IMG/VR virus record: IMGVR_UViG_3300041411_000129
Coordinates: 124,001-188,000 of that record
Strand: one strand, 5' to 3'
DNA length: 64,000 nt
The notes under the pieces are model-generated. The model had not been told where the DNA came from, searched no databases, and worked only from the letters and a program-made list of their open reading frames with translations. Every line of letters begins with the position of its first letter. Within the stretch, counting starts at the first letter, position 1. Positions 27,044-37,532 of this stretch are shown piece by piece. The position numbers and the translations under genes are program-made.

Positions 27044-28381
27044 TCAACCTTTCAGCACTGACGCAACGTCTTTGCGATGTTGTGCGATAGCGAGGTTCTC
27101 GACAATAGTCAGTTTTGACTTATTCTCGATGGAGAAGCTATCGACCTTCTTCACGACGACGAGGGTTGCCTTGCAGAGATCGTACGACACCTTGTTACGT
27201 GTATCGGTCAAGAAGCCCATGCACTGACTGATTGCAGTGAAGCCGGTCAGTACAGATGCCAGAGACTTCAGGAACGGTACGAGCTTGTTGGCGTAGACTT
27301 GTTCCAACCCAGGCTTGAGACCTTTGTTGTTGAAGCCCTTAACCTTGGCCAGTACTGGATCGGTGCGACCACGCGCCCAGCTGATAGTGCTACTGATCTC
27401 TTCAGCCCACTTGGTAGGCTTGTATTCGATGATGAGCTTCTTGAAGTCATCTTCTTTGATCTGCGTACGCTCGTTCATCTGACTGCGGTAAGCGCCCTTG
27501 ACGTAGCTGGCGATCGATTCGAACGAAGTCAACTTACCGTTAACGTTCATCTTCTTGGCATCATAACCGTAGTTACGTGCCAGCATGACCAGCGGACCGC
27601 TGGCCATATCGAAGAGTTCCATCTTGGCGATAGCCACGTCAACATCAGCTTCGGTCTCAGCTTTACTCAGTTCGATAAGGAAACTTTCAACAGCCTCAGC
27701 GAATGGAGGAAGCTTGAGTTTGATAACCCCGCAGAGGGTAACCATTTCTGCAAGCTGCTTCTCAGGATCTTCTAGTTGCCGATCCTTGAAGCTATTCCAC
27801 TTACCGTTGATGTTGCGCATTTCGCTGCTGATGGTGCCATCGCGAGTACGACGTGCCATCTGCATGACGTTCGGGTTGTTTGCCAAGATCTTATCGACCT
27901 CAACAATGTACTTCTGGAGTTGACCGAGCTTCTGTTCAAGGTCGTCCACCGCAGCGGTCGCTTGGCCAGCCTGACTCAACCAGTTCCAGAGCTTGGTGAC
28001 CGCATTGATCACGTAAGCCAATACATCGCCCAGCGCGTTCACTACCGCCTCGTAGGCGGTCTTAACGAAGCTCTCAGTGGATACTTCGTAGTTGGTGCGG
28101 CTAGGCTCCTGAGTGAAGCTGTTGATCGGGTAACGATCGATCAACTTACCAAGCACTGGGTAAGTACCAGTCAGTGCTTTGATGTTCTCCATGTCGCTAC
28201 GGCAAACGTATTTACGCTTGACGATGGTTTCGTACGTTTCGAAGACCAGCATCATGTCGTCGAATTCTTTCGCATGGACGGGGTTAGGCGTCTCATCGAT
28301 GATCGCAACAGAGGTTCCTTCGTCGTTCTCAATCTCGGCGGATTCAACCGAGAGGTCGGCTAATGTGATACTGGCATTCAT
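27044..28381 (-). CDS. Putative internal head/virion protein with an acidic propeptide
   Basis: LSVE and STE S/A/T-x-E prohead-protease-type sites near the N-terminus; 445 aa. Confidence 0.7.
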   Translation of the reverse strand: MNASITLADLSVESAEIENDEGTSVAIIDETPNPVHAKEFDDMMLVFETYETIVKRKYVCRSDMENIKALTGTYPVLGKLIDRYPINSFTQEPSRTNYEVSTESFVKTAYEAVVNALGDVLAYVINAVTKLWNWLSQAGQATAAVDDLEQKLGQLQKYIVEVDKILANNPNVMQMARRTRDGTISSEMRNINGKWNSFKDRQLEDPEKQLAEMVTLCGVIKLKLPPFAEAVESFLIELSKAETEADVDVAIAKMELFDMASGPLVMLARNYGYDAKKMNVNGKLTSFESIASYVKGAYRSQMNERTQIKEDDFKKLIIEYKPTKWAEEISSTISWARGRTDPVLAKVKGFNNKGLKPGLEQVYANKLVPFLKSLASVLTGFTAISQCMGFLTDTRNKVSYDLCKATLVVVKKVDSFSIENKSKLTIVENLAIAQHRKDVASVLKG

Positions 28382-28418
28382 GTTCTCGTCCCTCAGGTCA
28401 TGCAGATGAAAGGTGTAA

Positions 28419-28853
28419 TCAGGCAGCAGCTTCAGCGTCTGCTTTCAAGATGTTCACCGCTTGGGTGATCTTGTACTTGTTGACGCCGCTGGAGGCGTAC
28501 TCAGGCATTACCTTGATCAGCGTAGCGGCGAATGGTGCTTCACCAACCAGCTCATCGATGCAGCAGCCGTATACCAACTGGTAACGACGCGACCACAGCT
28601 GGAAGCCGTACTCGACAGCGCGATCAACGTCGAATGGAGCGACTTCGTTGATCTGGTACATGGTGCTACGAACTTCGCTGACGTTCTGGGTGTAGAAGTC
28701 ACGAACAGCACTGTCTTGCAGAGGAGCGCCCGGCAGGATGACCAGAGTTGCAGCCGCGCAACCCAGGACCGAAGCCAGCAGGTAACGACGATTTTCGATC
28801 TCGGTGCCTTCGGTGAGAGTGGCTACGAGTGCGTTGACTTTAAGTGGGTTCAT
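28419..28853 (-). CDS. Putative virion protein
   Basis: 144 aa, coupled within a minus-strand structural operon. Confidence 0.7.
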   Translation of the reverse strand: MNPLKVNALVATLTEGTEIENRRYLLASVLGCAAATLVILPGAPLQDSAVRDFYTQNVSEVRSTMYQINEVAPFDVDRAVEYGFQLWSRRYQLVYGCCIDELVGEAPFAATLIKVMPEYASSGVNKYKITQAVNILKADAEAAA

Positions 28854-30166
28854 TAGTTCAATCCTTTCAGGGAAGCGGACAATTCGTACAAACGATTGTT
28901 AGCAAGGTCTTCTTTAAGATCATTGGAAGCATGATCCTGACGAATACCCCGCATCATCTCATAGGTAAACGCGCCGATCTTACGAATCACATCGCCGAAG
29001 CCATGGATCTTCGAAATCTCTTCGTCGATCACCGCAAGGTCTTCAAGAGCAGTGATGCGCGTCTTCTTATCAAGGCTCTGATCCTTGAGTAGAGTAACCA
29101 ACTCGCGGCGAATCATAGCGATCCGCTGCTCTGGCTGCGGATACCTGTCACCGTCCAGAAGGCCAAGACCTGAGGTGAAGATAACGTTGATCGAGAAGGT
29201 CTTAGCAACACTCCAGATCGACGCAATTGCAAAGGCTGCACGTCCGGCTTCGGTCAGTGCTTTAAACGGCAGCCCGACGATCTGAAGACCGTTAGACAGA
29301 AGACCTACCCACTTGGCATCAAAGCCAGAGCGAGCAAACATGCCTTTAGCGCGTTCACGCTTAGCGATAGCGCGAACCAATGGAGCACCCAACATCCATC
29401 GAGCAGCGAACTGATCCGCTACTGTTTCAGCAAGACGCTTGTCATACCAGCGAGTGCCAGCCTTCTCTTGCATCCGAACGACCTGTCCTTGCATTACAAG
29501 GGCGGTGATCTCAGCAGGAGTGGCATCGTCAGGTAGATTCTTCGGGTCCATCGCAGAGAGCTTCAGAGCAGCCTTACCGATAAGAATGCGCTTCTCGAGT
29601 GGAACGTCAGGAGTGATGGCACCAACAACCTCAGCAAGGATGATGTTGGTACGCAGAGTCTCACACATGAACTCGTAGTTAGTCCAAGCATGGGCCAACT
29701 CATGGAAGTACAGAGCTGTGAGTTCTTCAGGTTCAAACAAACCTTCGAACATCGACTTGCTCATCTCCATGTCGTTACGCAGCTTCGTGAAGAAGCCCGT
29801 CACCTTACCCTTCTTCAGATCGACCGTACCTTCCACCAGCTGAACGCCGGTCAGGTTATTGAAGTCGTACTTCTGGATGCGCTTGAGAGCATCGAGGTTG
29901 ATCGGGTTGATAGCGTTTAGGTTGGGGAGATGACATTCGATTCGATACGATTCGAGGAAGTTCAGCTCTTCAACGTAAGTCGCTTCCATCCAGACACCGG
30001 TGGCGTCTTTGGCCAGCATGGTGATCTCAGCTAAGAACTGCCGCACCGCGTGCGGATCGTCTTTGTGAGTCTGAGCTTGAACGAATAGTGCGGTGATTTG
30101 CTTCGGTAATTCGGAGTTCGTTTGGAAAGCAATTGCCTCCAACGACTCACTAATCTTACTGGACAT
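28853..30166 (-). CDS. Putative virion protein with a zincin metallopeptidase motif
   Basis: FHELAHA (HExxH) and downstream ETVADQFA; N-terminal ESLE processing-type site. Confidence 0.7.
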   Translation of the reverse strand: MSSKISESLEAIAFQTNSELPKQITALFVQAQTHKDDPHAVRQFLAEITMLAKDATGVWMEATYVEELNFLESYRIECHLPNLNAINPINLDALKRIQKYDFNNLTGVQLVEGTVDLKKGKVTGFFTKLRNDMEMSKSMFEGLFEPEELTALYFHELAHAWTNYEFMCETLRTNIILAEVVGAITPDVPLEKRILIGKAALKLSAMDPKNLPDDATPAEITALVMQGQVVRMQEKAGTRWYDKRLAETVADQFAARWMLGAPLVRAIAKRERAKGMFARSGFDAKWVGLLSNGLQIVGLPFKALTEAGRAAFAIASIWSVAKTFSINVIFTSGLGLLDGDRYPQPEQRIAMIRRELVTLLKDQSLDKKTRITALEDLAVIDEEISKIHGFGDVIRKIGAFTYEMMRGIRQDHASNDLKEDLANNRLYELSASLKGLN

Positions 30167-30273
30167 AAATCGACTCCTGCCCCAGTGGGTATCATAGCAA
30201 TTAGAGTAACGGACAATCGTACAAATTTAATCCCGTGACCAATACTTTACAGGAACGTAGATCCGAGGTAGCA

Positions 30274-32094
30274 ATGAAGAAGTTTCTTACACCACAAGAG
30301 ATCGATGTACATCTCGCACACATTCCAAAAGATCAAATTGTATCGCGTGAATGTAAACATGCGACTTACGTTCGCCATCGTGGTGGCGAGCAGCAAGACT
30401 GCTTGGTGATCAAAGAGTGGGTCACCCTCGCTGATGGTTCACGCTTCCCACGTATCCGTACTGTGGAGAACTATAAGCGTCCGTATTGGGTAACGAAAGA
30501 ACCGTTCCGCACACACCCAGATAAGATTCAGTTCGAAGAGCTGAAACGTCTGGACGTGTTCCGTGTACCGCAGTGCAAACTGCGTCAGGATATCTGCTTC
30601 CGCATCCGTGGACTTCAGCCAAACAACCCAATGAAGGTCTTGGCACGCAGCCCTTATCTGTACGGCCTCGACACAGGCCCTGAAGTCTTCATGAAGCAAA
30701 GCTACGCTGACAAGTGGCCCAATGCATTCATGCCGAACCAAGTCTCTGTAATCGACGCCGAGACCGATGTAAACGGCATTCTTCACGATAAGCTTCAACT
30801 GCCGATTCTTTGGTCGTTGGTTAGCGATGATGAGATCGTCCTCTACGTGAACGATGCGTGGGCTGGCGATATCGACAACTATGCTGAGCAAGTTCACAAA
30901 GAATACCAGCAGGTGATCGGTCAATGGGCTGAGGCCATCCGTAAGAAGATGACCAACAAGAAGTCCGGTGAATGCCCAGAATGGGTAGACATGATCGAGA
31001 AGATCCCTGTTCGCGTTGTGCGTCTGAAGAATGACTTCGACATCACCAAGGCAATGGTTGATCGTCTGCATGAAACACAACCGGACCTCGTTACTGGCTG
31101 GAACGTATTCTTCGATGCTAAATGTATCGAGAACTCTGTTCTGAATGCTGGCTACGATTTGGCTGACATCATGTCCGATCCTCGTGTTCCTTACGAGTAT
31201 CGTGGTGCCCTGCTTCGAGAAGGTCAGGCTGTTAAACGTACTTCGTCTGGGCGTGAGATGCGTCTTGATCCGCAAGAACGTTGGAACGTAATTCTCAATA
31301 CGGCCTCATGGCGCATGCAGGACATGATGCAGCTGTATTGGCAGTTGCGTAAGGCCAAGGGTAAGGAATCTGGTGGTTACGGCTTAGACGCTGTTCTAGA
31401 CCGTCAGTTGTCTGTGGGTAAGCTCAAGTACGATACCGAAGATACTTCGGTTCCGCCTGGGACACTTCACTGGCACATGGACATGCAGCGGAACTACAAG
31501 GTTCGCTACGGCGTGTACAACATCATCGACTCCTTGGCAGTTTGGGCGCTCGACAAGAAGAACCAAGACTTGAGTTCTCAGATCTCATCTCTTGCAGGTC
31601 CACTGGATTACTCCAACTTCAACTCACAGCCGAAGATCAACGTCACTGACATGCTCTTCAGTACGATGAAGAAGCTGGGCAAAGTAATCTGCTCCACATC
31701 CGATCAAATGGCCGACGAGAACGATGCACTTCTCTCCGGTAAGGATGGGTGGATCGTAACCTTCCCAAGCCACATCGTTGCGGATACTGGACTGTTCTTA
31801 TTCGAGGACATGCCAGAGATCAGATCCATGATCCACATGTTCAACGCGGATGCTGACGTGGAAACGACGTATCCGATTTCTGAGATCATTCAGAACCTTT
31901 CCAGTGAGACGACAATTGCAGAACCTTGTCGTGTGATGGGTGTAGGGCGTGAAGCATTGCGTCTTGCAAGTATCAACCTTACTGGTGGTCGAGTGAACGC
32001 GGTCGAGATCGTTGAATCCATCTGCAAGATGCCAATGTTCGACGAGTGGCTGGATCAAGCACTCCTAGACGTCGAAGAGATCAAAGCAGCATAA
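30274..32094 (+). CDS. Family B DNA polymerase, exonuclease-containing half of the split enzyme (phiKZ gp82-like)
   Basis: ExoI DAETD, ExoII VTGWNVFFD, ExoIII YNIIDS and polymerase motif A-like DADVETTYP; lacks motifs B and C. Confidence 0.88.
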   Translation: MKKFLTPQEIDVHLAHIPKDQIVSRECKHATYVRHRGGEQQDCLVIKEWVTLADGSRFPRIRTVENYKRPYWVTKEPFRTHPDKIQFEELKRLDVFRVPQCKLRQDICFRIRGLQPNNPMKVLARSPYLYGLDTGPEVFMKQSYADKWPNAFMPNQVSVIDAETDVNGILHDKLQLPILWSLVSDDEIVLYVNDAWAGDIDNYAEQVHKEYQQVIGQWAEAIRKKMTNKKSGECPEWVDMIEKIPVRVVRLKNDFDITKAMVDRLHETQPDLVTGWNVFFDAKCIENSVLNAGYDLADIMSDPRVPYEYRGALLREGQAVKRTSSGREMRLDPQERWNVILNTASWRMQDMMQLYWQLRKAKGKESGGYGLDAVLDRQLSVGKLKYDTEDTSVPPGTLHWHMDMQRNYKVRYGVYNIIDSLAVWALDKKNQDLSSQISSLAGPLDYSNFNSQPKINVTDMLFSTMKKLGKVICSTSDQMADENDALLSGKDGWIVTFPSHIVADTGLFLFEDMPEIRSMIHMFNADADVETTYPISEIIQNLSSETTIAEPCRVMGVGREALRLASINLTGGRVNAVEIVESICKMPMFDEWLDQALLDVEEIKAA

Positions 32095-32141
32095 GGAACC
32101 AGCACACTACAGATCGCTCTGTAGTGTGCTGGGGTTTATGC
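32089..32141. terminator. Bidirectional terminator at a convergent junction
   Basis: CCAGCACACTACAGA-TCGC-TCTGTAGTGTGCTGG with CATAA/TTTATG flanks. Confidence 0.85.
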
Positions 32142-35078
32142 CTGCAATGGCTGGTGAAGCTTGAAGTTCACTTCGATAGCGTCAACAACCGAGTACGTGC
32201 CATCGGCCTGAGCTTCCAGTGCCTTAGCAATACACAGACGAGACGAAGCGTCCGACAAGGTGATCACGTCGTAGTCTTTATCAGCACCACCCAACCCAGT
32301 GAGACTAGCGCCGATAACGTCGTTAGCACCGAGGTTGTTGTAGATGTCTGTTTCGATCACGTTACGAGATACACGCTGGTTATCGAGGCCTGCCACCACA
32401 CGAGCAATCGTAGTGACTTCCATCGCATCCCGAAGGTCAGTGTTACCGTACACCTCTTTGCTGACCCAAAGGGTCACTGTCAGAGACTGAGACGTGTGCA
32501 GAGTAACCAACTCACTGTCTTGTACAGTTGCTTCCACGAACTTCAGAGTGTTGCGCGGTTGGAAGAACAAGTCAGTACGTTCGAACAGTTCTTGACGAAC
32601 TGGAGCAAGCACTTCGTTGATCCACTCGTTGAGGATCTGAGGTACTTCCTTCACGTAAGTCAGATCGCCGCCTTTAGTAGCGTAGCGATACACGCCATCG
32701 AACAAGCAGACATCCCACCAGTGAATGACGTTACGCTCCGATTCGTAAATCGGATTGCCATTCTCATCGAGGACTGCATCGTTGATGTAATGCAGGACTG
32801 TCTTGTCGCCATCGGCATTAAGAACGAAGTCGCCCTTCTTGTGCTTGATCTTGAGTTGCTTGACGCCATCAACCACTTCAAAGACCGGCTGCTTGTCAGC
32901 ATCGAACTCGTAGTAGTTCTTATCCCACGTCTGGTAAACAACCTCATCGTAGGTCAGAACTTTACGAAGGCCAGCTAGATCCCGGCAAAGAGCCCACAGA
33001 CCAGTCAGCTCGTCACCAAGTTTCAGGGTCAGCTCTTCGTGATAGATACCGGTCGAATCATCAGGCAGAAGGAAGTCACCCAACACCTGATCAACAGCAG
33101 TGGTCGCCGCACCTTCAACAGTGTAATCGGACACCGACCAGATCAACGAGAACTCGTTAGTCAGGTAAGTAGACAGATTGCGTGCTTCCGGCTCGTACAT
33201 GCTGAAGTTCGACAGGTTTAGCTCATGGTCACCGTTGATGTCCCAGTTACTGTTGAGACGGAACGTATAGATGCGCTCACCGTTCTTAGCGATCTGCACG
33301 CCGTTAACGTAAGCATAGTCACTCTCACCGACAGGTTTGAATGCAAGCTGTACGTGAACCTGATCATCGCGCAGAGCTTGCCATGCGTCGTTAGACGAGC
33401 TGCGTACGGTCAGTAGATAACCCGCATCATCGCGAACGATGGACATGGTGTTGCTCGAGCTCACAGTCAAGCCCAAGGTATCGTTACTGGCAATGAACGA
33501 CTTGATGTCGATCTCTGGAGCGTTCAAGTAGTACGGCCGTACTTCGAAGTTGAAGTTAGCTGTGTCGAGAACGTAGTGCAGCGGAGTCCAGAGGTACGTG
33601 CCATCGGAGACCTTGTTGATCAGCGGATCACCCTTCAACAGATCGATCGCCTTACGGTCAGCATCTTTAACGATCGTCAGCACGCCATCGATATACCGAT
33701 ACAGAGTCTTCGGAGTCACAGTGAAGCGTTGACCATTGTCGATGACTGTTTCGTATTGCAGCAGATCAGCGATAGCGAACTTGGCCGTGATAACAGCGGA
33801 GTCGATACCGGTAGTCGCTACACCCGCTTCGTTCACCGGCATAGCGCGAGTGGCAAGGAAGGTACGTTCGGTGACCACGTCGGTAGGCTTCATCGAGTCA
33901 AAACCCAATTCGTCCAGAGTGGTCTTCATCTGCAAGTCACTGACAGGGATGATCGCATCGCCAACGGCGTTGCTGAGAACACGCTTACGACGCTCTTCAA
34001 ACGTCGGAGCATTAGCACCGCCACTGATTAGATCGGTGGAAACAATGCTGATGGTGTTCATCGTCGACAGCGGAGCTTTGTAGATACCAGCGTCATCGTT
34101 GTCAAGGTCGCTGTAAGTCGCTACAAACGCTTCTGGCGGCAAGCCCGACAAAGACATCGTCATCTCGCCTTTCGTCGTGTATACGTCAACACGGATGTCT
34201 TTCGTGGTGAGGTTGGTGGCGAAGTAAACGTACGGCAGCTCGATCGTCAGTTCGTTGTTCACCAACTTGTACAGAAGCGTTGGGTCAGTCGGGTCGAACG
34301 ATTGAATGCTGTTGGTCGTCTTGATCTCATCCCACCCTTTGGTAGCAGTGTTACGAGAGAACGCCCGGACGTAGTAGAACTTGTCGGTCAGGGTCAGAAC
34401 CTTCTTCAAGGACTTAGCGCCAGACAGACTGTAGGTGTACGACGTCAGCAGCATCTGCTTGATAGGCACATCGACACGAACCATCTCAACAAAGCCACCG
34501 CTGTTTGGATCAACGAGCGTGTTGACGTTCTGAGTCTTGACCTTGTTACCAGAAAGCTTCTGGAGAGGCGATGGACGGCTACCGTCGTAAACCACGTCAA
34601 TACCACCGTTCTTCTTCACGATGAAGTTGATGGCGTATTGGAAGGTAAACGCAGTGTTGTTCACGACGATCCGGGTATGCTTCGGAATCGTCAGGCGCTT
34701 AGTGCCGGTGTTACCGACAGGTACAGCGCTTGCCACGATCTCATCGACCGAGAAGAACCAACTGAACACGCCTTCGGAAGGACTGTCGAACATCCCCTCG
34801 AAGTCTTTGTCGGATAGGTGGTAGAACAGAGTCTCATCATCCACAGCCTGAATCGGATACTGGCGTGTGTTGAGAATCTGGTCTTCCTGAATACCAGCCA
34901 GCGCCAACACCACTGACATTTCCATCAGGTGAGGAAGTGGAGCTGAAGGATTGGTTACAATCGTGCCACCGTCGAGCGCTTCTTCGGTCATCCCCATCAG
35001 CAGAGGAATGATTCGAGTGGGCTCGTACTGCAACTCCGCCATCTCGTTGAGAATGGTGTTGTGATCAATTGTAGTCAT
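32136..35078 (-). CDS. Large virion structural protein, probable baseplate wedge (phiKZ gp87-like)
   Basis: 980 aa; NP...L-MEMS start and GGANAPTFEE-R-R resemble baseplate J/gp6-type proteins; synteny. Confidence 0.7.
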   Translation of the reverse strand: MTTIDHNTILNEMAELQYEPTRIIPLLMGMTEEALDGGTIVTNPSAPLPHLMEMSVVLALAGIQEDQILNTRQYPIQAVDDETLFYHLSDKDFEGMFDSPSEGVFSWFFSVDEIVASAVPVGNTGTKRLTIPKHTRIVVNNTAFTFQYAINFIVKKNGGIDVVYDGSRPSPLQKLSGNKVKTQNVNTLVDPNSGGFVEMVRVDVPIKQMLLTSYTYSLSGAKSLKKVLTLTDKFYYVRAFSRNTATKGWDEIKTTNSIQSFDPTDPTLLYKLVNNELTIELPYVYFATNLTTKDIRVDVYTTKGEMTMSLSGLPPEAFVATYSDLDNDDAGIYKAPLSTMNTISIVSTDLISGGANAPTFEERRKRVLSNAVGDAIIPVSDLQMKTTLDELGFDSMKPTDVVTERTFLATRAMPVNEAGVATTGIDSAVITAKFAIADLLQYETVIDNGQRFTVTPKTLYRYIDGVLTIVKDADRKAIDLLKGDPLINKVSDGTYLWTPLHYVLDTANFNFEVRPYYLNAPEIDIKSFIASNDTLGLTVSSSNTMSIVRDDAGYLLTVRSSSNDAWQALRDDQVHVQLAFKPVGESDYAYVNGVQIAKNGERIYTFRLNSNWDINGDHELNLSNFSMYEPEARNLSTYLTNEFSLIWSVSDYTVEGAATTAVDQVLGDFLLPDDSTGIYHEELTLKLGDELTGLWALCRDLAGLRKVLTYDEVVYQTWDKNYYEFDADKQPVFEVVDGVKQLKIKHKKGDFVLNADGDKTVLHYINDAVLDENGNPIYESERNVIHWWDVCLFDGVYRYATKGGDLTYVKEVPQILNEWINEVLAPVRQELFERTDLFFQPRNTLKFVEATVQDSELVTLHTSQSLTVTLWVSKEVYGNTDLRDAMEVTTIARVVAGLDNQRVSRNVIETDIYNNLGANDVIGASLTGLGGADKDYDVITLSDASSRLCIAKALEAQADGTYSVVDAIEVNFKLHQPLQA

Positions 35079-35090
35079 GAGTACACCTTG

Positions 35091-36161
35091 TTAGAGACCC
35101 TTGGTCAGAGCCTTGTACTGTTCGTTTTCAATCCACCACTGGAGTTCGTTCGTTTCCAGATCGATCCATGGATAGCCGTTGTAGTTTGTCGCAGCGTAGA
35201 AGGCATAAGGCACTTTGGTGTATTTCTGAGTGCGGGTGGAATCTTGCATGCCTTTGTTAGTGCGAGCAATCCGGTAGTTGAATTCGAGCAACTGGATCGG
35301 ATCGTTATACACAGCGCCAACCGATGTAAAGGTTACGGAGAGTTGCTTGTTCTCAAACTCAGCCGCTTCCTCACGGTTAAAGCCGAAGCCTGCACCGATA
35401 GAAAGGTTGGTCGGTACGGAAGCACCGGTGTGGAACCACTGAACAATCTTCTGCCCATTCGTATCCAGTTTGAAGCGTTCAATACGAGTGAAGTAATCCA
35501 TCTCGTTCTGAATGCGTTGACTCGGATGGGGAATGATCGGACCAATCCGAAGATAGGTCATGTACAACAACCAAGTGTGGAACAATGCGAGAACCGCGTT
35601 GCCCTTAAAGTTGTTGAACGTACAGGTCAAGTCAAACCGACCGTTATACTCAGCGATCGAATCGTTCATAATCCAGGTCTCTTTAGCGATACCTTCAGGA
35701 CTACTATAGATGTTGACGCCGATGTCAGGCGGTGAGCTCATGGTCATGATGCTGTTTGTCAGCAATGTGATGTAAGGATTCAGGTTATCCACGAGAGCCG
35801 ATTGTTTGGCTGTCTTGTATGTTGTGGGGTCCAACATCATCCTTACAGCGTATTGATATGACAGAGGGTCTTGCGTCATAAGCGCAGCGAGTTGTCGGAC
35901 GGGCGATATGTTATCGTACGACAGGTTGAGGTTTGGGCGTGTAAACAGCACCAAACCTTGCAACTCTCTATGAAGCGGTAAAGGCGCTAAGTTGGGCAGT
36001 CGGTTGAGTCCGAAGAACATGTCGCTATAGCGGCTGAACTCGGCACCGGCACCCATAGTCCTGGAGATGCTATCAAGTAATGCGTAAGAGTTATCGAGTC
36101 CGCCAGCATCAGCCACGGACTTCATAATCGTGTTATAGAGAAAATCATCTGCTGTGGACAT
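35091..36161 (-). CDS. Virion tail/baseplate protein (phiKZ gp88-like)
   Basis: GLVLFTRPNLNLS block; tube-like beta pattern; synteny. Confidence 0.7.
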   Translation of the reverse strand: MSTADDFLYNTIMKSVADAGGLDNSYALLDSISRTMGAGAEFSRYSDMFFGLNRLPNLAPLPLHRELQGLVLFTRPNLNLSYDNISPVRQLAALMTQDPLSYQYAVRMMLDPTTYKTAKQSALVDNLNPYITLLTNSIMTMSSPPDIGVNIYSSPEGIAKETWIMNDSIAEYNGRFDLTCTFNNFKGNAVLALFHTWLLYMTYLRIGPIIPHPSQRIQNEMDYFTRIERFKLDTNGQKIVQWFHTGASVPTNLSIGAGFGFNREEAAEFENKQLSVTFTSVGAVYNDPIQLLEFNYRIARTNKGMQDSTRTQKYTKVPYAFYAATNYNGYPWIDLETNELQWWIENEQYKALTKGL

Positions 36162-36297
36162 GGGAAACCTCAGTCTTTCGTTTATTCCTAGAAATACAAA
36201 GAGAAGGGATGCGCCCCTTCACTGAAAACCATCACCATCCCCCATCTAAGCAGGCGGTTTATCCAGCGGCGATAATTGCCTTAGGAGTAAAATAAAG

Positions 36298-37506
36298 ATG
36301 ATTGCTGACATCCTCAAAGCTGCGGGTGCAGTTGCTGGAGGCGCGATCCTTCACGCAACAGCAAAGGCTATCGGCGAGAACGTAGCCACCAAGGTGGTTG
36401 ACACTTCGCTCAACAAAATGGTCGATGTGCTGACTGGCCAGTGGGCAGGCGGCGCAGGCCAGAACTACATCTCCAAAACCCAATCCGTACGTATCGAACC
36501 GTTCACTCTGATCGATGCGCGTGCAGTTCGTCTGCCGTACATGAAAGACGTGATGAACGTCGCTCAACGGCTGTTCACTTCGTACTATCTGCTGTCGGTT
36601 GCTTCCGACAACAAGATCGGCGGCGTGCGAGTTGCGAAGTACCTGGACAAATTTGCACCTGATCGTGACCTCCACGAAGCGACGAAAGAGTTTCTTTCGA
36701 TGGAGTCATATCAATTCGGCTTGCCTTTCGTGGGCGAAGCTGCTGGCTTGGATCGCTACTCGGACTACACCACCGAAGCGAACGATCCAAGCAAAGGTAA
36801 GGAACCGAGCAAACAAGGCGACGGCGCTACCTTCAGCGGCGGCACTGCTCAAACCCTGAAAGATGTCGGCAACCTGGCCGTTGGTCAGATCGTTGATGTG
36901 AAGATTCAGGACGGTCAGAACTCTGCCACCATCCCTGTTTCCATTCGCATGCGCACCATCGGCATGGAACCGGTTACTCTGGTTGAGTTGCTGTCTCTGG
37001 TCGGCGCTGATCAAAGCGTTTCTACCCGGTGGCGTAAGTTCAAGGTCGGCGAACTGACCTTGTGGAAAGACCTGGTTATGGCCCAAGACCGTATCGACGA
37101 TTATCGTCGTGCAGTAGTGGCTGACAAGTCGGGCTACTTCCGCAAAGCGCACAGCCGTCAGAACCGTGGCATCGTTGCCAACCTGCTGACCTCCCGTCCG
37201 TCGATCGGCGACGCTACTTCGGTGTGCATCATCACCAAAGATACGCAGCGTGAAGTCGAAGGTAAGATGAATGGCCGCTTCACTGACTTCGCTACACGTC
37301 AGCAGATGTTTGAAGGCGGTCTGATGATGCTCCTGTTCGTTATCGACCCGGACATGGAAACTCTGACCATCTACACCCGCGACATCGAAGACTACGGTGT
37401 TTACACTATGTCCGATATCAAGTCGGCTGGGCCTTCGAGCGGCAACACCGATCTGTCCGAGATCATGCGTTCCTATCTGGAAGGCAAAGTCCCAGGCCGT
37501 CTGTAA
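36298..37506 (+). CDS. Head/inner-body protein (phiKZ gp89-like)
   Basis: RIEPFTLID block; LSME and TTE processing-type sites; synteny. Confidence 0.75.
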   Translation: MIADILKAAGAVAGGAILHATAKAIGENVATKVVDTSLNKMVDVLTGQWAGGAGQNYISKTQSVRIEPFTLIDARAVRLPYMKDVMNVAQRLFTSYYLLSVASDNKIGGVRVAKYLDKFAPDRDLHEATKEFLSMESYQFGLPFVGEAAGLDRYSDYTTEANDPSKGKEPSKQGDGATFSGGTAQTLKDVGNLAVGQIVDVKIQDGQNSATIPVSIRMRTIGMEPVTLVELLSLVGADQSVSTRWRKFKVGELTLWKDLVMAQDRIDDYRRAVVADKSGYFRKAHSRQNRGIVANLLTSRPSIGDATSVCIITKDTQREVEGKMNGRFTDFATRQQMFEGGLMMLLFVIDPDMETLTIYTRDIEDYGVYTMSDIKSAGPSSGNTDLSEIMRSYLEGKVPGRL

Positions 37507-37532
37507 TCATCACGAAATAAGAGAAGAGTCCA

